A program made the translations under genes and the position numbers. Below are positions 52,351 to 64,000 of a DNA stretch of 64,000 bases, piece after piece. The notes below the pieces were generated by a model. That model saw nothing but the letters and a program-made list of their open reading frames with translations, did not search any database and was not told the origin of the DNA. Every line of letters starts with the position of its first letter. The first letter of the stretch is position 1. The stretch is from Paraspadella gotoi (lineage: Eukaryota > Animalia > Chaetognatha), in the NCBI GenBank assembly GCA_051294375.1, contig CM119263.1, positions 17,094,171 through 17,158,170 of the forward strand, given 5' to 3'.

Positions 52351-55300
52351 GCATTGCATCAGTACGGAAATGTGGGGCAACGCTCAAGCCAATTCTCTCA
52401 AGGCTGCAAAAGAATGAAAGAATGAATTGCAGCCATCCGCTCTGCGCGCGGCTTATGCCCAGCGTGAAAGAGGGAGCTCGCAAAGTGCTGGGCCACCCAA
52501 GCGCGGGCGCGGCAGTGCCGAGCGCTCAAGGGGGAGGCCACAATCTTTATTAAACCGGACGAAAGACCGTCCAGCATTCAAAGTTCGGAACACGCCTTGA
52601 CTGTGGGCCGTGGCGGATGCAGCGATCAAGGAACAATATAAAACGGGTTGCGCGGCGCACCAGTGAGATGCATATGGACACGGGCGCGCGCGCGGCGCCT
52701 ATTTGAACGATCAAACATCACAAGAACAGTTACGAAGATAGCGAACTAAATACAAAAGAGAAGCAATAAAATCCAAAAGTTTGGAACCGCAGCGCAATGA
52801 GCCGTTTCCAAAGTCTTCGAATATCCGGGCAATGTGCGCGACGCTACGTGTGAAACGGTGAAACCATTCCGCGGCCGCAGGAACCGAGCAAAGAAATAGA
52901 ACAAGAAAATGAACTGGAACAAGAAACAATGGGACCAGAAACAAGACCATCAAGCAAGACGCAATGAGACAAGCAAGAAAAATCCAGAAATTAGAGGATA
53001 AACACTCCTCCGCACTCCGACGCCATACGTGTCCTAGCCAGCGAGCAGGAAACGCCTCTGAAACGAGGATCCGCCCATTCTGGAGCAGTCAATGAGTATG
53101 AATGTCAACAAAAAGAAATCGATGAAAGAATGATATATTCGATACGATGAACCTGACAAATAACCCAGTGTCATTTTACACTAACACGCCAGTCATGTAA
53201 CCAAATAACTGCCAAAAGACAAAAACTTGATGTTAAACAGACAAAAAAGAAACTCTTAAATCCAATAAGTCAAAAACCGAAACAAGCACAAACTCAGGAA
53301 AACACAAGAAAACCACACTGACCGACACAACGAACAACCAAAAGAAAACGCAACATCAGAGATACCGGCACTAGAAAACCTAAAACTAAGCATTAAGACC
53401 AAACTCGACCAGAAATACGCCTTAACCAACTTTCAAGACTTCGGATTGAACAAGAAACTTATCATCCACACGATAACCCACGAATCGAACGATCGAATGA
53501 ACAATGAAGCGCATGACGAATGAACGAACGAAAGAACGAACGAGAGAAATCGCACTGAAGCGATCCGCATGCAGCTGCTACTGACTATTTCTCCTCACCC
53601 CTCCAAACAGCTCCTTCATAGAGAACCAAGCAATGTCATCGCCACGAAGCAACTCAGATGACAGATCATTCGAAAACTCCATCTCCGAAACACCGAAGCC
53701 CAAGCATGACAGACAGAATAGCCCGGGGGTTGATAGGTTAGACTTCGTACTGATACCCGTAGGTCCTGCGCGGCCATTTAAGACGGTCTGCTTAGGTCTT
53801 AGGATCAGCCCTACGAGCCCGAGGCGGCGGGGCTGAAGAGAAACCAGCCGAGTCCGACGGGCAGACGGGCCAGCCATCCGACCCATCTGCCCGGACGCAC
53901 GCATTCGACGCCGACTCGACCGGACACGGGCCATGACCTCGACTCTTCTCTCCACTCTTTCTCTCCCTCTCGCTCTCTTTCTCTCTCTCCTCTCGTCTCC
54001 AGAATACTTTACTTGGACACGCATCATACAAGACAAATACACGTTTCAACATAACATCACACTTTTAGAGAACTAGACCAAACTTCTGATCCACGATTCC
54101 TTCACCGATTTCTCTGGAACATGCAAAACTATTTTCTACCCGACTTGATCTCCACCGGCACACGCACGTTATTTCTCTCGGCAGACTTTTCTTCTTCTTG
54201 TCATGATTTTGCTCGGATCTTCTCTGTCTTGAACACTTTAACATTTTTTACATTCTATTTTTACATTTTACGCCATTTCGACTTCTTTTAATTCATCTCT
54301 GCTTTTGCAGAGATCTCGCGCTTATATCACCGCGACGTTCGGGAGTCTTGTCAGGATGCAGTTGAGCCTCCCTCACCGCACCGCACGCCATTCCTACCCT
54401 GCGACGGCGGGAACGAGCCAATCTCGCCTCTACGCACGAGCAGAGAGAGGAGAGAGACGACGAGAGATCAGAGAGAGAGAGAGAGACGCAGAGACGAGAG
54501 AGAGAGAGAGAGAGAATTATGGGAGACATCTAAAGATGAGTAGATATTCCAAAAAATAAAAAGAAACACTAAAATTAACGGCGGGTTAATGAAAAAAAAC
54601 TCGAATTGAAGGAAGGCAAAGAGAAAACGTTGGAACGAAATTAAAAATGAACATGACGTTTTGATCAGAGGAAAAGTAAAATTGAGGGGGAGAAAAAAAA
54701 TGTACGTATCATAATGTGGAACGGAGAAACCAACAAATAACAACTTATCATCATCATCATGATCATCATCATTATCATCATCATCATCTATTTTACCCCA
54801 CTTCCACCTTTAAATATAATTACTTACTTCAGCCCCATAAACCATCTTTGACAGTTTTCTCTTCTTGACGTGGGCTCGCTTTTCAAAAGAGGGACAAACT
54901 TAATGGAAGAACCGGCTCGAGCCAATGACGCCGGAAGCGCCGTTCCGCCCCAACGCCGGTAACGGCAAGCGGAACCGAGCGGTACCACCGGAAAGTAGCG
55001 CCGGGCGGGAGTCTGTCAAAACATTTGCTTCATAATTTTGCACGTTGGAGTCAGAGGCNNNNNNNNNNNNNNNNNNNNNNNNNNNNNNNNNNNNNNNNNN
55101 NNNNNNNNNNNNNNNNNNNNNNNNNNNNNNNNNNNNNNNNNNNNNNNNNNNNNNNNNNNNNNNNNNNNNNNNNNNNNNNNNNNNNNNNNNNNNNNNNNNN
55201 NNNNNNNNNNNNNNNNNNNNNNNNNNGAGAGAGAGAGAGAGAGACTCACATTTTATCGATTTGAGATAATCGCAGAATAATTAATTATGCTCCGTCTTTT

Positions 55301-55835
55301 GTAAATATTTAAATTTGTGCTTCGACTAGGTAGGACGAGGCAACCATTGATTAAACGACTATTTAACAAGTAATTTTCTTAACAATGCTTTCCTACGGCA
55401 AAAAGAAAATGGATTTTGCCATCTTTGTTTTAAAATTACCGTGGGAGTAAGAAGCAAAAACATTGGGAAAGCAATTACGATTTTATTATTTGAAGAGTTC
55501 TTCGGGAATCTTCACATTTCTCACTCACTTTTGAAAGAATAATCAAATAAATGACATAAAAAACCTCCAGAACCACTTTCAACTTCACGAAATATTGCTT
55601 CTGATTAATTTTAGTGACATGACCAGGTCATCCCTTACATTAGCGAAATACAAAAAAATCGCGAAAAAAAAGGCACCGTCTTCTAATTAAAGCAGTCATG
55701 CGTCGAATATCCATTCCCAACCAAATACAAAGCGTTCGTTTATGTTTTCATATTCTTTGTCAAACTTTATTAATATTATCGTGGTTTTAACGTCATACGA
55801 AGGTTTTCTTTAGGACTTCTTTGTCCCATCCTCCC

Positions 55836-56178
55836 TTTTTAGTTGCGACGGGAGTACTTGCGGAGCGGATCTATAAGTCACTTTTCGGTCGGTCAGTCTG
55901 TCTGTCCGTCAGTCTGTCCTACTAACGTTAGAAATGCATCTAATTTGCCTATAGTTGGTTGCTCATTTGTTAAGACGTAAACAAACTCATATCTAAGGGA
56001 CTGCTATCGCCGCCTTCAGGAATTCCTAAAACTATAAAGAATAAATGACAGAATTTTGATGCAGTACATGTTATAAAGTCATGTCATATCATGTCATGTC
56101 ATATCATGTGATCAAAGGGAAATAAACGTGAAAATAAAGTCACTGAGGCGCAACACGTTAGATTTACCGTTCCTGTTT
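55836..56178 (+). mobile_element. Helentron-associated (DINE-1/HINE-like) non-autonomous element, copy 2
   Basis: Begins ttttt-agttgcg and ends in a T run. Subterminal inverted repeat GTTGCG (55842) / CGCAAC (56149), (GTCT/GTCC) microsatellite at 55888-55918, (TCATG/TCATA)n at 56079-56108, no TSD. Confidence 0.75.
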
Positions 56179-56839
56179 TTTTCATCTTTTACAACCATCT
56201 TTTGTTGGATGCCAGCATAAAAAACGGATTAATGACTTTCAGAACAAAGAAGTTAAAAATAATAAAAACAACATCGCACCCTATAAAGTTTTTGTGAGCC
56301 TTTGAAAGAAAGGAAGAAATTATAAAGGGAAGAGACAAAGAAAGAGAGAGAGAGAGNNNNNNNNNNNNNNNNNNNNNNNNNNNNNNNNNNNNNNNNNNNN
56401 NNNNNNNNNNNNNNNNNNNNNNNNNNNNNNNNNNNNNNNNNNNNNNNNNNNNNNNNNNNNNNNNNNNNNNNNNNNNNNNNNNNNNNNNNNNNNNNNNNNN
56501 NNNNNNNNNNNNNNNNNNNNNNNNNNNNNNNNNNNNNNNNNNNNNNCACAGTAAATGTCAGACGCAGTGGAAAATATTGGAAATTTCATAGATTGCTGAC
56601 GTTAAACCCAAACGACTTGTCGCTCTCTCACTCACTCTCTCTATGTCTCTCTNNNNNNNNNNNNNNNNNNNNNNNNNCCAAAAACAGTAAAGTTTGTCCA
56701 CGACGCAGTGTAGAAAATTTTACTATTGGAAACTTTCATACGATAGATTGGCTGGACGTGTATAACACCAATACGACTTGTACGCTCTCTGCCATCACTC
56801 TCTTAGTCTCTCTTATGTCTGATCTCTCTTCTGTCTCTC

Positions 56840-56878
<39 letters not shown>

Positions 56879-58940
56879 CCACCCGTTTTTGTCTCCCTCT
56901 CTAACTCTTCATTAGACCTCGGGATTTCCCATGCAAATAAAGCGACCTCGATACAGAATCCTTTGTCATTCAGCAAAAGCCTCGAATTATCCTCGGGCTT
57001 TTTCCCCTCATACAATTCATACATCGCGGCTACATTTGCATATAAGCTTCGCCGATGCCCGCCGCCATTCCGGGTCGCCTCCGTTCGCCGCCATTGCAGC
57101 GAGTTTTCGTGCGCAGACTCGCGGCCCAAGGCGCGAGATGGAACGGGTCAACTCAGGTTCCTCGCGGCAGAACCGCGGGAGGAACGTTGGTCCAGTGGGC
57201 GTGGAGTGGCCCAGTCAATTAAATTTAGATTTAATTGTCGTACGATATGAAGATGAAGCGACGAGTTGCAGGGGGGATTGCGTAAACGATTCAGTTTTAA
57301 AATTCAATTCGATTAATTAAATATTTATTCTGCGACGCGTCGTCTTTCGCTAATTTTTTTAACCATGATGGTAGTAATTAATATACATACAAATTGTATG
57401 TATTACAATACATGTGTTCAAGGTTTTTCCTCTTAAAAGCGCATTGTGAATTCAAAGCATGAATAAACTTTTCCATAACTTAGTGTAAGAAATATTAAGT
57501 CAAGATGATTAATTAGTTTTTTAAAAAAAAACGGCAAATTCAAATAATTCCCGAGTTAAACATTGATTTTTAAAAGGTTTATCCTTATGCTAATTTATTA
57601 AAAACGTACGTGAATTTAAATTCGAAGATTTAGTACGCATCGATAGCATCGACTGGTTTTGACGGTCCAAACTTTCCCCGACATGAGCTTTCTCACATTT
57701 TTCTCAACTTATCATTTTCGCCGAATTTTTTTTAAATGCCATAAATTCGAGAATAAAAATAACGAAGAAGGCGAATTATTCATCAGTAGAGAAACTCGAG
57801 GAAACACATGGAGGAAGAAGACTCCTCAAAAATTCCAAATGGAAATAAAAACTCGCGACTTTCGCCTTTTTATTTTCTTCGGTTTCTTTTCCTTTTATTC
57901 TTTAATATCTTTCAGTGAGACCTTGAAGAGCCGATGAGACGCAGGTTTGGGACTGTTACTGATGTATGTACAGCATTTGTAGCTTTGGATTTTACCAAAT
58001 CGGGTTTTTAACGAACAGAGTTAAACTGGGTCTTTTTCGCGGTTAAAGTACGTACCAACTTTTTTTTGTTCACTTTTGTTTAAGAAAAAAGGGGAGCAAA
58101 CTCTGCACTTCTCTCTTTCTCTCTTCTCTCCTCTCTCTCGTCTCGTCTCTCTCCCTCCCTTCTCTTCCTCTCTCTTTCTCTCCTCTCTTTTTATGAAAAG
58201 CAAAAAAAATATAAACCCTCAAAAATTTTTTTTCACCGAAAAAGATTAGACAAATACAGATAGTAATGTCCTCTGATTTTTTTGCTCAAATCATTTTCGG
58301 CGTCATTTCCTAGGTCGACGTCAACTTCGTCGTTATCGTCGTCGTTGTCGTCGTTGTCGTCGTCGTCCTTACTCGCTCTCTTCGTCGTCGGATTTAAAAC
58401 CGGAAAATCGTGAACAAAATTAAAGGATTCGATTTTCCGCTTAGAGTCGCGGAAATTTCACCACGATGACGACGACTTGGCTTGGGTGGCGGAAGTTCGA
58501 GGAACGATCCCCAGAATATCTCGGATTTTTACTGTCCTCTGTTCTTCCTGTCAATATTTCCTGTCTACATTTACTGTTCCCTCTTTCGGTCAATTAATTG
58601 ATATACGGCTATGTACGTGCGAACAACAAACAACGAAAATGATGTATGTAGAGTATGCAGACTGTACCACACTTTCTGTGACAACTTACGTCGTCTCCTC
58701 CCCCTCTGATTTCTATTTTACTAATATAATAATAAAGGAGACAGAATCGCCAACAGATTCGTAAAACGGTCTTCAGACTGTCTCTGGGAGAGGCGCTTCA
58801 CCGCCTTTGCGTGATTCCCTCGGTCGAACGAAACATGTTAGTTCTCAACCAAGTGTATTTACATGTCAATGTGGTACAATGGACACTGGACATCATGTTG
58901 ATTTCTTCATTTTCGAATCGAAGGTAAATTTTCTTAAAGT

Positions 58941-58990
58941 AAATAACACTGATGAAGGCTCGAACAAGAGTTTGAAACATGTCTGATTAA
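58941..58990 (+). ncRNA. Minimal type I hammerhead ribozyme (Penelope-like element type)
   Basis: CTGATGA (58949-55), stem II AGGCTC/GAGTTT with GAACAA loop, GAAA (58974-77), palindromic mini-stem III ACATGT, GTC cleavage triplet (cut after 58983), weak stem I TAACA/TG(A)TTA. Confidence 0.75.
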
Positions 58991-59837
58991 ATTAAATAAA
59001 AAATCGTTGTAATACAAACTCTAAACTTTGTTTTCACTAAAACACCTAAACAACGAAAAGAAAGGAATACCACATAAGTAGATACCAATAATGAAATTCC
59101 CCCCCAACTACTACAACATCGTTCAAATCGTTCATTAAAGAAAACTATGGCAGCGGGAAATAGTAAATGGTGGATCGTTAACGACGACGACGACGACCGA
59201 CGACGACACGACGAATTACTCTCGGGAAAAAAAAAAGTTCAATTCGTAAAAACCTTAAACTCAATTCGGGAGTCTTAAAAGGGTTTTTTTTTTTTCTTTC
59301 ACTCCCTATCTCGTTCTCGCCCTTGGGCGGAAGGAAATTCATCTTAATTTTCCTTTCTATTGATTTATGCTGATTCAGAAGAAAAAAATAGAGTAGCGAG
59401 GACGGGACGACGACGAAAATGACGACCAAGACGACGACGACGAAACCGAGGTCGTTCAGTTGTACTCGTTAAAAAAAGTCGTTCACGACGAGACCAACGA
59501 TGATGACTGTGACGACGACGACGACGACGACGACGCAATGAAAACGACATAAACGTGAAACAGTTTTCTTTAAACCAAAAGTTTACCATGTTGCCAGAAA
59601 CTAAATTCTAAAAACAGTCAGCGACGTTTAACTAAATACAGAGAGAGATATAGATGGTTAAATTGGTTATAAAATATACATGGACATAGTCATAGGTACC
59701 TCTTGGAATTATAAATTGATATGTTTTCAAAATACAGAGAGCAACTATAATTACTAAACAAAAACTTGTATATACTAAAACATTAGTATTTAGACAAAAA
59801 GGAAAAAAAATAGAAATACTTGATTCGGGAAAGAGAG

Positions 59838-59890
<53 letters not shown>

Positions 59891-59918
59891 AGAGAGAGAG
59901 ATTGACACGCCTCCTCCG

Positions 59919-60019
<101 letters not shown>

Positions 60020-61138
60020 GACAAGGTCCTCACTCATTTCATTTATATTTTGATGTATGACTAAAGGACATTCCCTTTTTTCAGGGTGGTGGCTTTTTTA
60101 TTTATGTGACTTGATGAGATTTTATGAATAGTTACTTCTCTCTGTCTGTTCATTAATAAAACTGAATAAAATATTCAAACACATAGATGGTTTTAAGTCG
60201 CCACGCTGTCGTGTAGGATGTGACGGAGTCCTGGAATCCAAAACCTAAAATGTTTTTTAAAACTTTTTTTCTTTTGATTGCAACAGAGTCGTTGGCGACG
60301 GCGTGACTTTCTTGTTCTCACATTTCAGTTGCCGTCGTATTTCGTTTTTCTCTCACCGCCTTTTTTTGCATTTTTATTTGGCGAGAGAGTAGTAAAGGTG
60401 CTTAATAGTAGTGGCGGGAGCAAGAACCAAAAGCTGGCGTAATTTTTGGGGCCGCTCCGGTTAACCTTTTCGAGGAAAGAGGGAAAGAAAAGAGAGAGAG
60501 AGGAAGAGAATCTTTTTTCTTATTCTAATTGTCCCCATCTATCTTGCTTCTTCTTCAACCACATGCTCTACGACCCTTCCTTGAACTTCATCAGTTTCCC
60601 GACTTTGCTGAATTATGAGAAAATTCGCGATGGCGGAATTCGGAGACTAAAGAATTCAGCTCCGTTAAAACAGAGTAGCGATTACCTACAACGTTAACGT
60701 TTATCACTATTTTTAGTTATTATGTTTGATAAAGTGAAAGGTTGAAACAGATCTACCTCTCCTGAATTTTGATTGTTGACTACTACACTACTCATTCCTT
60801 AAATTAAGAATCTTCTAGGACGCGTTGTGGCCGCTCATGGTGATCGGCGGAGAAGGTCAACGTCTACAAAAGAGTTGGCGTGGTCGAGCGTTGGACGTGT
60901 TTGGCGAATAACTCATTGAGCAACGAAACGAATCTTCAAATTACTTTCTTTATATCTTTTTTTGTTCTTTTTGTCCTCATCCTATTTTTGTTTCCCCTTT
61001 CCCTGACTTTTTTTTTCCCCTTTTGCTCAGCTTTAGCGCTCTTTTTATTATTCTCGCTTTATTTTTTGTTTTCTCGTCTCTCAAGGAGAGGGCGTGACGC
61101 GTCCTGCCTTCTTCCCTCATTATATACATTATGGCATC

Positions 61139-61324
61139 TATAAATACTGATTAGCATAAACAAAACGAATCACTCTCTCGGTATTTCTCTCTCTTTGTGC
61201 ACGTCTCTGTTTCTGTGTCTTTCTCTTTCTCACTCACTTTAATAAATTCCGCGATAGTAACATTATTAATATGTATTTATATAAATATATTCTGACCTGG
61301 AATATCTATGGAAAAACCGAGCAG
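61139..61324 (+). promoter_or_regulatory. Candidate Pol II core promoter and first exon
   Basis: TATAAATA at 61139, Inr-like TCACTC at 61170-75, octamer-like ATTAGCAT between them, CAG|gtaaga donor at 61324/61325. Confidence 0.35.
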
Positions 61325-61453
61325 GTAAGATAAAGATGAAAGACTGTAAGTAGTCTTTTTACCAAATACGTCTTTACTTTTCCCTGCTGCTTCTAGAGCT
61401 CCTTTCAAACCAAAATGAAATTGAAACAGATATGCATTAAAGCGCAATCGACC

Positions 61454-61563
<110 letters not shown>

Positions 61564-63141
61564 CTCGAGCTCCTTTTCCTACAGTCGTGCCTTATTACCG
61601 CGACGCTCGCTTAATCCATCCTGGATTCGAGAAGCGATTCTTGTCGGTTTTATTGTTTTTAGTGGCGTCATTAGCTCTGGAAACGAGGCAGGGGGTGGAA
61701 CCGCCCCTGGGACCGCTAGTTGGAAACGGAAGGCCCGCTCGCCGGTTAACCGCCCCGGAAATGATGTGGTTTTTGGCGACGGTTAGAGGGCGCGGCGGAG
61801 CGGAGTGGGGCGGCGGGGATGGCGGCGGATGGAGAAAACAGGCATGGGATTTTGAAAAGTATTAATCAAAACGGAAAAGAAAAACCGTAATAAAAAAAAT
61901 AACGAAAATGATGATAGGAACGACGAGGACGACAGCGACGACGACAACGACGACGACCGCCGAAATTAACGGCGCAGATTAAGTTTCGGTATTGGAGAAT
62001 CGATCAGGGTTTCCGAAGTCTATCAACGATTCACGCTTGAAGCTTTAAGAGTTAGAGTGGGCGTGACACTGCGTGTCACAACTTGGCACCATAAGTTAAA
62101 ATTATATGTAGAATAAGGAGGGGAAAAAATGCGGGATTGTAAGAAACGAGGAGTGACCAAATCTTGGGGCATGGTCCCCGCTATATTGTCGAACGTTTAA
62201 TCTTTAAAACCGACATAAATTACTTTTGGGAATTTAAAATTCGCATTTCAAACACTGTTTCTGGTTTTAACGTTATTGCAAGCACAGATTGTAATTATAT
62301 TTATAATAAACTACTATAAACTATAAATTATGAGATTTTCTCCTAATAAAAGGTCAATTGTTTTTTGCAGATCAAGAGTGGCGAGTCAGCTGTAGCCAGA
62401 ACCACGGAATGGCAACAAAGCAAACAGATTTGACTGACCCTGGCTTCTTTACAGTCATTTTTATATAAAAAATATCTCTCACTTAGATCTGATATACAAT
62501 ATACAAACTTATCATATAATACTTTGTTTGTGGCGGTATACTCAGTTATTAGTATTACTCACACCGCCTCACCTCAGGTGGCGTCACTGAGGGTCGGAAG
62601 TTCCCAAAGCCAACAGTGAGTTGCCCCATCCCAATGGGCTTGACAGGCAACCCCGATGTTGCCATAAGTTCTTCTTTATCGCGTAATTCAGATCGACAGG
62701 AACAATGAGGTGAGTTTTTGTTTAATTAACACTTTAATCTATTAATTAATGTTTTTTGTAATCTTAAAATTAAGTAAATAAAAAAGTACATTATTACGAT
62801 TCATCCATCCGAGCATCTAACCATCCAATTTCAGTTGTTTGGCTTCCCCACCGCCGTCTTCTTCATCATTGGCAATTTATTCTGGGAGCGATTTTCATTT
62901 TATGGAATGAGGGCGATTTCGGTCATTTATTTAACGGTGAGAAAAACCCGGTTTTCCTAGGTGGGGGGCCTGGGGGGGGTAGTGATTAAGAACCACCTAA
63001 ACACCCTTTTTGTTTTAAAAAAAATATTCAGATTATTGAAATATCAAAATTTAAAAAGAATTGTAAGATGTAATCCTCAGCCGAAAGTGATAGGCGATCT
63101 CTTCATGGACCAAATCTCAGCAGTCGCCATGACCCACGCCT

Positions 63142-63315
63142 TCAATATGGTTTGCTTTGGAAAGTCTTGGCTCCTCCATTTTTAAAGTCTTGGGTCAATC
63201 TTTGAAGTCGCCATCTCCAAAGTTTGAAGCCGAGGTCATGTAATAAGTTGAATAATCGCGAGCTGCTGTGGGTAAATCTGTAGTTCCTCCTTTTTCTCTA
63301 TGCCAATTTCCTCAT
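63142..63315 (-). pseudogene. Decayed Tc1/IS630-like transposase fragment (HTH region)
   Basis: Translation MRKLA*RKRRNYRFTHSSSRLFNLLHDLGFKL resembles the S-x-S-T-L-x-x-L-L-x-x-L-G-F-x-Y motif upstream of the DDE domain. Contains an in-frame stop. Confidence 0.45.
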
Positions 63316-64000
63316 TATTTTATTTCACCTCCTACTCCTACGTATTTACATATCCAATCTTAACAACTTCAATCTTTGCACTAATTATTTCACCAAACAC
63401 TTTCTTGACCCTTAGATACGTCGACGAGAAGGACGAGGAAAAAGTGTGGAAAAAAGAAAAGGATGATAAAGGGAAGGGAGATGATGATGCTGTTGTACGT
63501 TTCGGGTGAAGGACTAATCGAGATTGGATTTTGTGTCCGCTTCATATTTTCTTTTTTTCTTCTTTTTTTGCACGAAACAGCGAAAAAGAAAACCCCGTTT
63601 ATGAAGACTGAAAAAGAGAAAACAATGAATCTCGTTTCGTCCTCAACCGTCAACTTGTTTTTGATTGAATTTAAGTCTACGGATTTGAATATAAGTAAAA
63701 ACCTCTAAAAATTCTTTCCTCTCGGTTTATTCGTGCAAAAGTTTCAAGAGTGAAATCGCCTGCGACAACGTGGCGCCATTTTTGGCCATTTTACGTTTCG
63801 GTTTATGATTTTTAGGTGCAGAGAGGGAGGTAGGGAATGTGGCTGTGAAGTTCGTGACGTATGAATTTATTGGTGAAGTTATACAATAAGATCAGTATTC
63901 TCAAATATATATATATATAATTTTTTTATGATTCCGATTCAAGCGCTTGATTTAAACGCGAATTCGAAAAGAAAAATCTTCACCGTTGGTTGGATAATGA

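Noticed and set aside
54905-55015. Cluster of CCAAT, TGACG, CCGGAAG and GC-box motifs
   Set aside because: Directly adjacent to a gap in low-quality sequence, and short motifs are expected in GC-rich DNA.
62555-62690. Minus-strand LMATSGLPVKPIGMGQLTVGFG resembling a retrotransposon protease flap region
   Set aside because: No D-T/S-G catalytic motif or flanking pol sequence, and too short to support.

Overview
This is AT-rich eukaryotic (animal, probably arthropod-like) genomic DNA that is almost entirely intronic or intergenic. It is saturated with (GA)n/(CT)n, (AAAG)n, (AAT)n and (ACG)n microsatellites, which explain nearly all ORFs in the supplied track. I recognise no complete gene, rRNA, tRNA or CRISPR array. 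Well-supported features are three non-autonomous DNA transposons with TIRs/TSDs (two TA-flanked, one hAT-type with an 8-bp TSD), two Helentron/DINE-1-like elements, a minimal type I hammerhead ribozyme of the Penelope-associated kind, a tRNA-derived SINE head, a decayed Tc1/IS630-like transposase fragment and several minisatellites. Two multi-kb tandem duplications and a noisy ~5-kb block look like long-read gap-filling artefacts (five exact 25-N gaps). One duplicate lacks a MITE that the other carries. Low-confidence splice-signal evidence suggests a large minus-strand gene running off the left edge, plus an antisense plus-strand spliced transcript with 54-nt mini-introns and a candidate recursive splice site. 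I did not find a convincing novel multi-gene system.
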